This document shows positions 9,601 to 18,560 of a stretch of 64,000 nt of DNA, in pieces. The position numbers and the translations under genes were made by a program. The notes below the pieces were generated by a model. It had not been told where the DNA came from, did not search any database, and saw only the letters and a program-made list of their open reading frames with translations. The stretch lies in contig JAGGZE010000148.1 in NCBI GenBank assembly GCA_021162205.1, positions 283 through 64,282 on the forward strand. The letters are read 5' to 3'. The number at the start of each line of letters is the position of its first letter. The first letter of the stretch is position 1. The DNA is from a bacterium (lineage in GTDB: Bacteria > UBP14 > UBA6098 > B30-G16).

Positions 9601-11410
9601 TTAATTCATTTAACTCGGTCTCATCAGCAGGTAGAATATCTTTTGCTAATTTAGGATTGGTGAGAAAATAAACTAACGAATTCCATTTATCTCGTTCCTT
9701 GATTTTGCCGCTTGCAAGAAGTTCTGATATAGCGATAGGTGCCCATTCCTGTCCGATAAGTTTCCCAATCGCTGAATATGGCATTCCATCGGGATTTAAC
9801 GCGATAAATTTCAGTGTCTGTTCACAGATTTCCACAGGAGCGATAGTCGAGACTTTTTCTCGTTTTGCAAGCGAAAAACGCCATCGTTCGGCACCTGGAA
9901 CAAGAAAACCCTCGCTGACAAGTTGCTTCAGGGCGGAATCGATTTCACGCGGCAATCCCGAACTTCCCTTTTGTAAATGTCGAACAAGGTCGTTCAAACC
10001 ATCCACGGCGCCGAGTGTCGAATTTATCCAAATATGCAGATGGGTCAGTGAAAGTGGTTCGAGCTCGGTTGTCTCAATAGGAATATTCACATCGTCAGAT
10101 GAAATATTTTTCGCTATTAAAAGAATTCTGCCAATCGACCGCCGTCGAGTAAGAGCATCTAATAGTTTTTTGGAGATACCATCCTCGAGCATAATAAGCA
10201 ATGGACGCATCGCAGAAATTTCTTCGATAAGTGCGAGCAAATGGGCGAATATTTCATCGCTTCCAGGTTCTGTCAAACTCAATGTAACTCCCACATTTGC
10301 GATAGTCGGGTGTTTTACGAGTCCTGGCACTGCCCAAAGCAAAGCTGGAAGATGGCGACGTAGCGGGTCGCCAAATTCCCATGACAAAAGCTGCATAATC
10401 AAAGATTCGAGTGGGCTAAATGGCGAAACGATAATGGGATAAAAATTTGAAAGCTGACCGACTATTTTGAATTCATTTAGTATTCTTGTATACCCGATAC
10501 CTCTTTCCCCGTGAATCGACCATAAGAATTTTCCTTTTATATTTGGAATTAATTGCCCTGCATTAGCGATAATTTCATCTCTTCCAACAAGTGTGGATTG
10601 AGGCAAATATCGGGCGCGAAGTTGAGGGTCGTCGGGACGCCCCAAAATATTTGCAATAGAACGCCATAGAGTATAAGCGTTATTCGGTCGTTTTTGAGGG
10701 TCTTTTTCGAGTAATGAAAGTAAAAGTTTGCGGAATTCATCGGGAACATTTTCTAAATCACCCTCGACAATCGGGAGATTGAGTTGAAGATTTATACTTT
10801 CGCTGATAGTTTCGCCGAGAAAAGGATTATTTCCCTCGAACATTTCGTAAGCAATCACGCCGAGTGAATAAAGGTCGGCTCGCATATCGGGCTGGTAACC
10901 CTTAAGAATTTCAGGAGCAATATAAGCGACCGTTCCCGATGTAACCGTTTCACCTTCACCGACAGTTCTTGCAAGACCGAAATCGCCGATTATTGCACCA
11001 TCCTTTGTAAGAAAAATATTCCCCGGTTTCAAGTCGAGATGAAGAATCCCACGATTGTGAATAAATGCGAGTCCCTCGGCGATATCGCATAAAATGTTCA
11101 ATGCTTTATCGGCGGATGGCTTTTTATCCTCGAGCGTTTTGCCCTTAATAAGCTCCATAGTGAAGTAATATTTATCGTTCTCCTGCCCGAAATCGAAAAC
11201 CTTAATAATTTTCGGATGAGGCATTCTTGCAACGAGTGCGAATTCTCTGCGGAATCGTTCGATTAAATGCGGTCTTACCCAGCGAGGTGTGAAAACTTTT
11301 AAGGCGAACTTGTTGCCGCTGACACCATCTACCACAGAATATACCGTGCCAAACGAACCTTTACCGAGTTCTTTTACAACCTCGTATTTCCCAAAAATTT
11401 GATTGCTCAT
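6665..11410 (-). CDS. Multidomain sigma54-dependent activator: Ser/Thr kinase + degenerate ATPase + TPR + GAF + AAA+ + Fis-type HTH
   Basis: Kinase motifs LGKGSFG, ALK, HLDLKPGN, DFG, GT..YIAPE. Enhancer-binding motifs GETGTGKD, ELFGYEKGAFTGA, LFLDEIG, FREDLYYR, WPGNVRQL. C-terminal HTH. GGGAG RBS before ATG 11410. Confidence 0.92.
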   Translation of the reverse strand: MSNQIFGKYEVVKELGKGSFGTVYSVVDGVSGNKFALKVFTPRWVRPHLIERFRREFALVARMPHPKIIKVFDFGQENDKYYFTMELIKGKTLEDKKPSADKALNILCDIAEGLAFIHNRGILHLDLKPGNIFLTKDGAIIGDFGLARTVGEGETVTSGTVAYIAPEILKGYQPDMRADLYSLGVIAYEMFEGNNPFLGETISESINLQLNLPIVEGDLENVPDEFRKLLLSLLEKDPQKRPNNAYTLWRSIANILGRPDDPQLRARYLPQSTLVGRDEIIANAGQLIPNIKGKFLWSIHGERGIGYTRILNEFKIVGQLSNFYPIIVSPFSPLESLIMQLLSWEFGDPLRRHLPALLWAVPGLVKHPTIANVGVTLSLTEPGSDEIFAHLLALIEEISAMRPLLIMLEDGISKKLLDALTRRRSIGRILLIAKNISSDDVNIPIETTELEPLSLTHLHIWINSTLGAVDGLNDLVRHLQKGSSGLPREIDSALKQLVSEGFLVPGAERWRFSLAKREKVSTIAPVEICEQTLKFIALNPDGMPYSAIGKLIGQEWAPIAISELLASGKIKERDKWNSLVYFLTNPKLAKDILPADETELNELKSKSAGVFVELTELPEFVLSGAQMFYETNDPEKAIKYTRTILKKLKSRYKLDLLLRAYDLVTKCAEESGDNQLWFRAIKKKANTFRLIGELEKAISVYRRLLTKVQKTTDIQKETTVLIDLSGALIKAGKNDEAYSLLNEALEFSRQINDSRLELFSLINIAAVLQARTEMTEAANIFWQARNIATQIQNNTALITVEVNLGYILIAQGKYTQSLDRLLAAASIAEQEKLINQRFASLLGLSIVYRRLGNIELAKRTVVELKEFAHLPLHKVRIRLEELFVNLYGGTLDDPQISLEKILPDLKSLPQTSYNSVMRELLPLCVLSGIPTSELDYFPSIPTDEFASILWKALMSFETGQYETAAETAENLIRKIKYLSESAEIWCSAVQIIISSLSPQQAIDKLDKLMNKPPNDFFVQGYLWQRIAEIYSQKLPDPQKGQLALNKAQEFFSKLDNRTKLAELEHIADYLRGSRYGGDAGLLLEVAKAFTSTLDWETLVTVILDRAVEVSGSNRAILITIDGDNLNPIASRYEDEKTIPIGELKFSTTAVRKAIEAGKSLLVESIPEDEDLAAQQSILDLRILMVIAVPLICHDELFGVLYADAEVKRATFSKRTVRLLETLGEFAAMALYNAKLYGDLVAERDALRAQTREFFGTDFIGGESKSIQEIFPKISAVAKQDITVLLLGETGTGKDLLAKVIHSRSQRTDESFIVLNCAAVPESLLEAELFGYEKGAFTGATHRQLGKLELADNGTLFLDEIGDMSSALQAKLLTSLETGEFMRLGGNKTIKTDVRIIAATNRELEKEIENGNFREDLYYRISTVRIKIPPLRERREDIPLLAQFFLQKTAERFGKNIKGFSSTVVSAIRDYNWPGNVRQLKNAIEEMVLFARGKIITHELLPDFIKTDETLSKSRAQKEFPEPQTYDEFKKLKQELGSDFEKWAIEKLLLRYNYNVSKAAQEFGIHRTRLHQLMTKYGLRKK

Positions 11411-11433
11411 TTTTATTCTCCCGATATTAAAAA

Positions 11434-13599
11434 TCAAAATTTTATTTTCCAGCCATCGTCTGTTAAAATCAAATTAAAAAATTCGAGTCCAAAATATTCC
11501 TTATCGCCATTACATTTTAAGACAAGTGCATCGACCGAAGCTCTTTCTGTAAGTATATCCATTTGCACATTCATAATACTTGCGAGATAAATTTGAATTC
11601 CAGTAGTCAATTTCACGATAGCCGAATCTGCGATAATACTGTGCAATCGCACCGTATCACCGATATTGACGGCATCGATAAATTCGGAGACAATCCATTC
11701 CGGCGATGGCGTATCGACCGCCCAGATTTCTGCGATTTTATCTTTATATCGAGGACATTCGAGAACACCTGCGACACGATATAAGCTGTCCGCTTTTCTG
11801 AAATCCCCTCGCGATAAAACTATATCTCCCCAATATTCATAAGCTCTCCCAAGAATATATCTGAAACCTGCGGTCTGTCCTGTATATCGAACATTGGTAT
11901 CGGTCGAAAAGTGTCTGGGCATATTGGCGAGGATTTTTTCCGCAAGATTATCCTCACCCGATTTCATCAGATAATCGGCTAAATCGAGTTGTTTTTCCGG
12001 AAGAATATAGGGTGCACTATTGAGCGCATCGAACATAATGTTCACAGCCATATCCCGATGAGTAGAATATATCGAAGAAGCGTATTCATATCCGATTAAA
12101 ATATTTTTCGGTTCGAGAGAATAAGCTTTTTTCAACGCTTGCCGGGATTTCTCGGTGTCTCCGAGCGATTTATAGACCGTAGATTGTTGATACCAGAAAT
12201 AAGCTGAAAAAGGGTCGAGTTTTGAGCATAATTTTAATAATTTAATCTGTTTTGCGGAACTTAATGCACTTTCGTATTTGGAATGAATTGTCCATGCGGC
12301 TCCGATTGCGGTCGAGAATAAAAATCCCGCTAACATTATTACGATAAGCGAAATTTTCTTAATTCCTTTTATTGTTCTCGGTTCTATTTCATCGGAATTT
12401 CTAATACCGATTGCGATTAAAAGGAGAAATGGCAATGAAGTTCCCCAGAAATTCCAATCGAAATCGAGCCCGATATGGATTGCATAGGCGAGTGTTCCGA
12501 GAGAAATCGCCCATAGTATCGGGTCTTTGTTTTTCCTTGCCGAAATGAAAATTATGCCGATAGATGAAAAAATAGCGCATAGAAACAGTATAAATGCAGG
12601 TATTCCACCCTCGGCAGCATATTGCAGATACTGATTGTGAAGATGACTCGATAGATAATGCGAGTTTTTTAGAAAATGTGGATATGCGACTTTGAAAGCT
12701 TCAAAACCGATACCGAATAAAGGTTTTTCCGAGACGATATTAAGTCCCATAGAAAGCATCATCCATCGTTCCTCGACGGGCTCTTCGGGCTTTTCTTTAG
12801 CAACCTCGCCGATTTTTGAAAATCGACCGAGAACCCATTTGGGTGGCATAATTAAAATCGATAGCACAAATCCGATTATTATGGTAATCGCAAGGATTTT
12901 GAAAAATTTCATCGAGATTTTCAACGAGAGCAAAAATATTACGATAGCCGCGAGAGCAAATGCAAGCCAAGCAGCACGGGAAAGTGTTAGGAACAATGCG
13001 GCGAAACTCGATATCGAAATTAACCAATAGAATATTCGCCATCCTTTTGTGGGGTCATATTTTGCAAGCACGAAACTTAATGGCAAAACTAAAATCAAAT
13101 ATCCTGCTGCGGGATTTTTCCAGTAAAATGTGGAGATGAAATGAAGCATCATATCGTGTCTGCCGACAAAGAATCCATATTTTGAACCGAGTAGGAAAAA
13201 GAATCCGATGAGTAAAACGATAGATACTCCGATATAAAATAGTCGGAAAAATTTCCATAGAGGTTTTTCAGCTAAATTGTAAATTGCCCATGCGAAAACG
13301 ATAAGCGCACCCATTTGAGATAGAAATCGCAAAGTTCCATCGGGAGAATAAGTAAATATCAGTGTTACGAATCCCCAGAGCCAAAATAAACTCCAGAATA
13401 ATGCGGGAAAAAATGGTATTTTGAAATGCTGCCGCAAACCTATAAGCACCATAAAACCGAGTCCCCACAAAAGAATGGAAAACATTTCCTTTGTCCCAGA
13501 GTAGGTTCCTCCTCTATCGAGTGCTACCCACAAAAGCAGAATAGGCACTATTATAATAAAAATATTCCGTAAAAATATTTTGTTATCTATTTTTTGCAT
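11434..13599 (-). CDS. O-antigen ligase (Wzy_C) family membrane protein with C-terminal TPR region
   Basis: About 12 hydrophobic segments; TLSRAAW, PLFGIG, HLHNQYLQYAAEGG and H..D motifs; helical C-terminal repeats. Confidence 0.85.
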   Translation of the reverse strand: MQKIDNKIFLRNIFIIIVPILLLWVALDRGGTYSGTKEMFSILLWGLGFMVLIGLRQHFKIPFFPALFWSLFWLWGFVTLIFTYSPDGTLRFLSQMGALIVFAWAIYNLAEKPLWKFFRLFYIGVSIVLLIGFFFLLGSKYGFFVGRHDMMLHFISTFYWKNPAAGYLILVLPLSFVLAKYDPTKGWRIFYWLISISSFAALFLTLSRAAWLAFALAAIVIFLLSLKISMKFFKILAITIIIGFVLSILIMPPKWVLGRFSKIGEVAKEKPEEPVEERWMMLSMGLNIVSEKPLFGIGFEAFKVAYPHFLKNSHYLSSHLHNQYLQYAAEGGIPAFILFLCAIFSSIGIIFISARKNKDPILWAISLGTLAYAIHIGLDFDWNFWGTSLPFLLLIAIGIRNSDEIEPRTIKGIKKISLIVIMLAGFLFSTAIGAAWTIHSKYESALSSAKQIKLLKLCSKLDPFSAYFWYQQSTVYKSLGDTEKSRQALKKAYSLEPKNILIGYEYASSIYSTHRDMAVNIMFDALNSAPYILPEKQLDLADYLMKSGEDNLAEKILANMPRHFSTDTNVRYTGQTAGFRYILGRAYEYWGDIVLSRGDFRKADSLYRVAGVLECPRYKDKIAEIWAVDTPSPEWIVSEFIDAVNIGDTVRLHSIIADSAIVKLTTGIQIYLASIMNVQMDILTERASVDALVLKCNGDKEYFGLEFFNLILTDDGWKIKF

Positions 13600-13806
13600 C
13601 GCTATAAAAAATTATAAAATGATTACTTTTGTTAAAATATAATAACTATTGTTATATTTCAAGAAGTTTTTTAATTAAATTTGGTATTTTCCTTAACTAT
13701 AAATATAATAAAAAAAGAACAATAATTCGCAAAAAAATTCTTGATTTTAGAAAATTTAATCTTTCTATATATTAGATAATAAACAAATGAATCCATAGGA
13801 GGAAAA

Positions 13807-14790
13807 ATGAAAGCCGAGATGAAAAATATCCTCGTTACAGGTGCGGTTGGACAAATCGGTTCGGAACTTACAATGGCACTTCGCAAAAAATATGGTGCCG
13901 ATAATGTGGTCGCCACAGGACGGAAAACCGAACCATCGCAGGAGTTGCTCGATTCGGGTCCATTCTATTTCATCGATGTTACCGAACGAGCATCGTTAGA
14001 TGTGGTTATCAAAAAGCATAATATCGACACGATTTATCATATGGCGGCGATTCTTTCCGCAGTGGGCGAAAAACATCCGCATCTATGCTGGGATGTGAAT
14101 ATGAACGGCTCGATAAATGTTCTCGATGCGGCAATCGACTATAATATGACACGAGTTATAATTCCGTCATCGATTGCGGCATTCGGTCCCGATACACCGA
14201 TTGAAAATACTCCGAACGATACGATTCTTCGCCCGACAACGATGTATGGCGTGACAAAGGTTTGCGGAGAAAGACTCGGTGATTATTTCGTGCAAAAATT
14301 CGGAATCGATGTTCGCGGATTGCGCTATCCCGGTATAATTTCTGCGGAAACACTTCCAGGTGGAGGAACGACCGATTATGCTGTCGAAATCTATTACAAA
14401 GCTGTCGAGGATGGCAAATATACCTGTTTCGTTAGCGAGGATACTCGTCTGCCGATGATGTATATGCCAGATTGTATCGATGCGACAATCGACCTTGCCG
14501 AAGCCGATTTCGCGAAATTGAAACATCACTGCGACTTTAATCTCGCTTCGATGAGTTTTTCCGCAGGAGAACTCGCAGCGAGCATCAAAAAATATATCCC
14601 CGATTTCGAGGTGAAATATGACCCCGATTATCGTCAGGAGATTGCGGATTCTTGGCCTTCGAGTATCGATGATTCGGTTGCTCGACAGGAATGGGGATGG
14701 AAACCCGAATGGAATTTAGATAAAATGACGAAAGATATGCTGGAAAAATTGAGAAAACGACATCGAGAGGGGAGACTATACAAAAAATAG
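13807..14790 (+). CDS. SDR-type L-threonine 3-dehydrogenase (NAD-dependent epimerase family)
   Basis: TGAVGQIG, LSAVGE, PSSIAAFG, MYGVTK, PGGGTTDYAV, RQEIADSWP. Confidence 0.92.
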   Translation: MKAEMKNILVTGAVGQIGSELTMALRKKYGADNVVATGRKTEPSQELLDSGPFYFIDVTERASLDVVIKKHNIDTIYHMAAILSAVGEKHPHLCWDVNMNGSINVLDAAIDYNMTRVIIPSSIAAFGPDTPIENTPNDTILRPTTMYGVTKVCGERLGDYFVQKFGIDVRGLRYPGIISAETLPGGGTTDYAVEIYYKAVEDGKYTCFVSEDTRLPMMYMPDCIDATIDLAEADFAKLKHHCDFNLASMSFSAGELAASIKKYIPDFEVKYDPDYRQEIADSWPSSIDDSVARQEWGWKPEWNLDKMTKDMLEKLRKRHREGRLYKK

Positions 14791-14918
14791 TAGGGATGTG
14801 CTGGCAAACGACCATCGTCCATCCTGTGAATAGATATATCGGTCACTACATTGACATATATCGATGAATTATATCGAACAAAAACCATCGAAGAGGAGTA
14901 AAATACGAAAATAAGGGA

Positions 14919-14981
14919 GTCGAAGTAATTTTGCAGGGCGTCGAAACGATTTTGCAGGGCGTCGAAACGATTTGGAAGGTT
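14919..14981. repeat. Three tandem 21-bp direct repeats (GTCGAAACGATTTTGCAGGGC consensus)
   Basis: Units at 14919-14939, 14940-14960 and 14961-14981, read directly from the sequence. Confidence 0.85.
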
Positions 14982-15019
14982 TCAAATTTATTCAAACGCA
15001 TTGAAAATTTGTTTCAATG

Positions 15020-15112
15020 GAACCTTCGGTTCTTTCTAATGGCGACTTTTCTTTCACAAGAGTGAAATTCACTGTCGCCGAACCCTTCGGTTCTTTTTGA
15101 GCCCTTCGGCTC
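15020..15112. repeat. Cluster of three related mini-hairpins (GAACC-TTC-GGTTC, GAACC-CTTC-GGTTC, GAGCC-CTTC-GGCTC)
   Basis: Copies at 15020, 15080 and 15099. The 21-mer at 15020-15040 is identical to 30174-30194. Confidence 0.75.
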
Positions 15113-15226
15113 TTCTTAGTTTGGAAATAATTTATTTATTCCACTGGCATTGCAGGGAATTGTTCCGCTTTTGTGGAACAAGGAAAGCAATGCGAAGAAA
15201 ACACCTTAAAGGTGTGAGGGAGGAAA

Positions 15227-17308
15227 ATGCGTAATTTAATTTTACTATCGGCGATTTTCGTTATGGTTTCGCTGTCCTTTGCCGATGCGAATCTCGATTC
15301 GGTGCGTGTTCAGAGCGAATACGAATTATTTTTCGAGGGCAAGGGAGCAATAGATTATCCTGTGAAATCTGGAACGCCGATAATTTTAGATTTGATTCAC
15401 AATCGGCAATATCTTACAGTTCGGCAAAACGAGATTTTGCAGCATAAATTGGATGTTCGCCCGACTCGTCAGGCATATTATTTGACTCCCGATGGTCATT
15501 TCAAAATTCATTATGATACGACAGATGTCGATACGCACTATGTCCATCGTTGCGGTGAATTTTTCCAGCGAGTATGGCATGTCGAGGTAGATTCGCTTGA
15601 ATTTTTACACCCTGTTCACGATGACACACTCGGCGGAGATAGTCTATTCGATGTATATATAACGGATTTTCCTTGGGCTGTATATGGTGTGACATATCCC
15701 GATGATTACGAAGGGCCGTCGCCATGGCACGATGTCTCTGCGTATGTCGAGGTGAACAGTTCTTATGACGGTTTTCCACCGAATGATGACCCCGAGGGTT
15801 CTGACTGGGGTGCATTTAAGGTAACCTGTGCTCACGAATTCTTCCATGGTGTGCAAATGGCATATAGTCCCGATGAAGAACGATGGATGCTCGAAATCGC
15901 ATCGGTATTTATGGAGGACATCGTCTATGATTATGTCAATGACTATTACAATTATCTTCCACCGTTTTTCAACCAGCCGTGGATTTCGATTATGAAGTTC
16001 GATGGCTCGCACGAGTATTCGTCATGCATTTTTTTCCATTATTTCTACCAGCGGTTTGGAATGGGAATTATCCGCGGGATATTCGAGAGTATGATATACG
16101 AGGATGGTCTCGAAGCGATAGCCGATGCACTCGATTCGGCGGGAGCATCTCTCGATGATGAATTCTTGGGGTTTGTCGGCTGGAACTTTTTGACCGATTC
16201 ATTAGCGGATGATTTCCATTACGATGAAGCGGCAGCATATCCTGCGATGCAAATTCAGGCGACGGTGTCGAGTTTACCATTTACATATTCATCGTCATAT
16301 AGCAGTCGTCCGCACTCGTTCGGCTCGAACTATGTCCTCGTGAATGTTCCATCCGCCGATGCGATTCACATTTCGCTTTCCGGCGATGCAGGTGCAGAAT
16401 GGAAACTCGGTGCGATAGTTTTAGGCGATACTGCACAGATATATGAATTCGACACATCGGGAACCGTTATAACAGACGGAAATTCTGTTGCGATAGTTGT
16501 TCTTCCCGAGGGGAATTATTTGTCGTCTTCGAGTTATAATTATGAGATAACAATCACCGCAAATATGGGTTTGCTCGCAGATGCCGGTGATGACGATATT
16601 CTATGCTGGGGAGATACTACGATTCTCGGCGGTAGCCCGACAGCAACAGGTGGAACATCGCCGTATTCATATATATGGCAACCATCGATGGGATTGGATG
16701 ATTCTACGATTGCAAATCCGACCGCATCGCCTGAAAGTTCGATGGCATATATGCTGATGGTAATCGATGCCGCTGGCGATACTGCGATAGACACGGTTTC
16801 GGTAATTGTAGATTCTGAAATAATTCCGCCTTTTGGAGAGGATACTGTTTCATATCTTTCTGGAACTTGTATCGATATGAACGCCGCTACAACAGGAGGA
16901 ATACCGCCTTATACATATCTTTGGAGTCCCGCAGAATATTTCGACGACTCGACATTGCCCGAGCAAACAGTGCTTGCCGATTCTACCAGAACATATTATG
17001 TGATGATAACGGATTCGTTGGGATGTTCGATTATCGATTCGATAACGGTAGAAGTAATCAATTCGGTTTCCGAGGTTAAATTGCCGATTAAAATCGGTTT
17101 TTCGGCATTTCCAAATCCATTCAACAGTTCGGTTTGTTTCGATATTCCCGAGAATGGCGAAATAAAAATTTCGGATATTTCGGGCAAAACGATTTTCACA
17201 AAAAAAGTTTGCTCGGGAAAATATATATGGAAACCGAAAAATCTTGCAGGTGGGATATACTTCGCAGAATTTTCCAATAGAAGATTTAAAATTCTCTACA
17301 CTCCATAA
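15227..17308 (+). CDS. Secreted zinc metalloprotease (MXAN_6640-like) with Ig-like domains and type-A T9SS-like C-terminal domain
   Basis: Signal peptide; HFKIHYD; AHEFFHGVQ (HExxH); W..E; GG..PY.Y.W.P repeats; FPNPFNSS...GIYF tail. Confidence 0.88.
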   Translation: MRNLILLSAIFVMVSLSFADANLDSVRVQSEYELFFEGKGAIDYPVKSGTPIILDLIHNRQYLTVRQNEILQHKLDVRPTRQAYYLTPDGHFKIHYDTTDVDTHYVHRCGEFFQRVWHVEVDSLEFLHPVHDDTLGGDSLFDVYITDFPWAVYGVTYPDDYEGPSPWHDVSAYVEVNSSYDGFPPNDDPEGSDWGAFKVTCAHEFFHGVQMAYSPDEERWMLEIASVFMEDIVYDYVNDYYNYLPPFFNQPWISIMKFDGSHEYSSCIFFHYFYQRFGMGIIRGIFESMIYEDGLEAIADALDSAGASLDDEFLGFVGWNFLTDSLADDFHYDEAAAYPAMQIQATVSSLPFTYSSSYSSRPHSFGSNYVLVNVPSADAIHISLSGDAGAEWKLGAIVLGDTAQIYEFDTSGTVITDGNSVAIVVLPEGNYLSSSSYNYEITITANMGLLADAGDDDILCWGDTTILGGSPTATGGTSPYSYIWQPSMGLDDSTIANPTASPESSMAYMLMVIDAAGDTAIDTVSVIVDSEIIPPFGEDTVSYLSGTCIDMNAATTGGIPPYTYLWSPAEYFDDSTLPEQTVLADSTRTYYVMITDSLGCSIIDSITVEVINSVSEVKLPIKIGFSAFPNPFNSSVCFDIPENGEIKISDISGKTIFTKKVCSGKYIWKPKNLAGGIYFAEFSNRRFKILYTP

Positions 17309-17310
17309 AA

Positions 17311-18471
17311 ATGGCGGTTTCGAATATCGACAATATTGCAGAGAAATCCGATTCTATGGCAATTTCGTATAAAAATTTGTTCGCCATCGTTTTGATTGCA
17401 TTTATCATAAGATTATTTTTTGCACTAATCGTTCCGACTGTGCCGATATCGGATTGCTCGTGGTATGAAAAAACCGCTATTTCGATTTGCGATGGCAGGA
17501 GTTTTTCTATCGATGGCGAACCCACAGCATATAGAACACCGGGATATTCGTTCGCACTCGGGATTATATATTCGATTTTCGGGAAAAAATTTGTCTATGG
17601 ATATATATTTAATGCAATTTTGGGAGCGCTCGCGGTTCTTTTGCTGATGTTACTCGCTCGAAAATTCACAGATAAATGGAAAACTATCGGATGGATATTC
17701 GCACTTTATCCCGAACATATTATCTATACGAATATTTTATCCAGCGAAATGCTATTTCAGGTAATATTATTACTATGGCTATTAGTCGCTGTGAAAAAGA
17801 AATTTATCTCAAATGGAATTTTGGCGGGAATACTAACATATATTCGTCCAGTCGCACTGTTATTACCACTTTTGGCGATTTTCTGGGATAAACGAAATTG
17901 GAAAAAATATATTATCTCGTTTGTGCTGGCGATAATGATTATAGTCCCCTGGATTGTTCGTAACAGTTCGCAAATCGGTTCACCTGTTATGGCGACAAAT
18001 TTCTGGGTGAATCTATGGCTCGGCAATGGTTCACAGTCGAACGGAACATATTTCGACCCGCAATTTCCTCGAGTATCGAGTGAAATCGAACAGGAGAAAT
18101 GGTTCAGGCAAAAGACATTCGAGAATGTCGAGCGAAATCCATTTAGACCGTTGCGAAATATCCCGATAAAACTTGCCTATTTTTCAATTCCAGTTATGAC
18201 CGCTCCTGTGTGGGGATTAGCGAAAACGATACCCAAGAAATATATGATAGCGACCGCTATTTTATTAACTCTAATAAATATATTGGTTATTTTAGGAGCG
18301 ATTATTGGGATTTTAAGAAAAAAAATCCCGATATCGTTTTTAGTTGCAATTATTTATTTCACGGCTATTCCACTAATATTTTTCGGTGCAGACCGTTATA
18401 GATTTCCAATACTACCACTATCGATATTTTCTGCTGTTGTCGGCTATGAAAAATTGAAATTTAGACAATAA
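17311..18471 (+). CDS. GT-C fold glycosyltransferase (ArnT/family 39-like) membrane protein
   Basis: Multi-pass membrane protein with D..WY, PTAYRTPGY, SE.LF, RP, PW..RN and RYRFP motifs. Start could be ATG 17356. Confidence 0.8.
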   Translation: MAVSNIDNIAEKSDSMAISYKNLFAIVLIAFIIRLFFALIVPTVPISDCSWYEKTAISICDGRSFSIDGEPTAYRTPGYSFALGIIYSIFGKKFVYGYIFNAILGALAVLLLMLLARKFTDKWKTIGWIFALYPEHIIYTNILSSEMLFQVILLLWLLVAVKKKFISNGILAGILTYIRPVALLLPLLAIFWDKRNWKKYIISFVLAIMIIVPWIVRNSSQIGSPVMATNFWVNLWLGNGSQSNGTYFDPQFPRVSSEIEQEKWFRQKTFENVERNPFRPLRNIPIKLAYFSIPVMTAPVWGLAKTIPKKYMIATAILLTLINILVILGAIIGILRKKIPISFLVAIIYFTAIPLIFFGADRYRFPILPLSIFSAVVGYEKLKFRQ

Positions 18472-18560
18472 TTGTGTGAAAATATTTACTTGTAAAATTT
18501 TCCATTGACTTGCAAAATTAAAATATTTATATAGAACTATTTGAAAATGGAGGATTTAAT

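Noticed and set aside
9699-10442. 247-aa plus-strand ORF and the many other antisense or alternate-frame ORFs
   Set aside because: They are shadows of well-supported genes, with no motifs or RBS.
14919-15112. Possible CRISPR array
   Set aside because: The 21-bp units are contiguous with no spacers, the hairpins are irregularly spaced, and no cas genes are present.
14791-15226. Sigma54 -24/-12 promoters (TGGCA at ~14802 and ~15145)
   Set aside because: Neither has TTGC at the required spacing.
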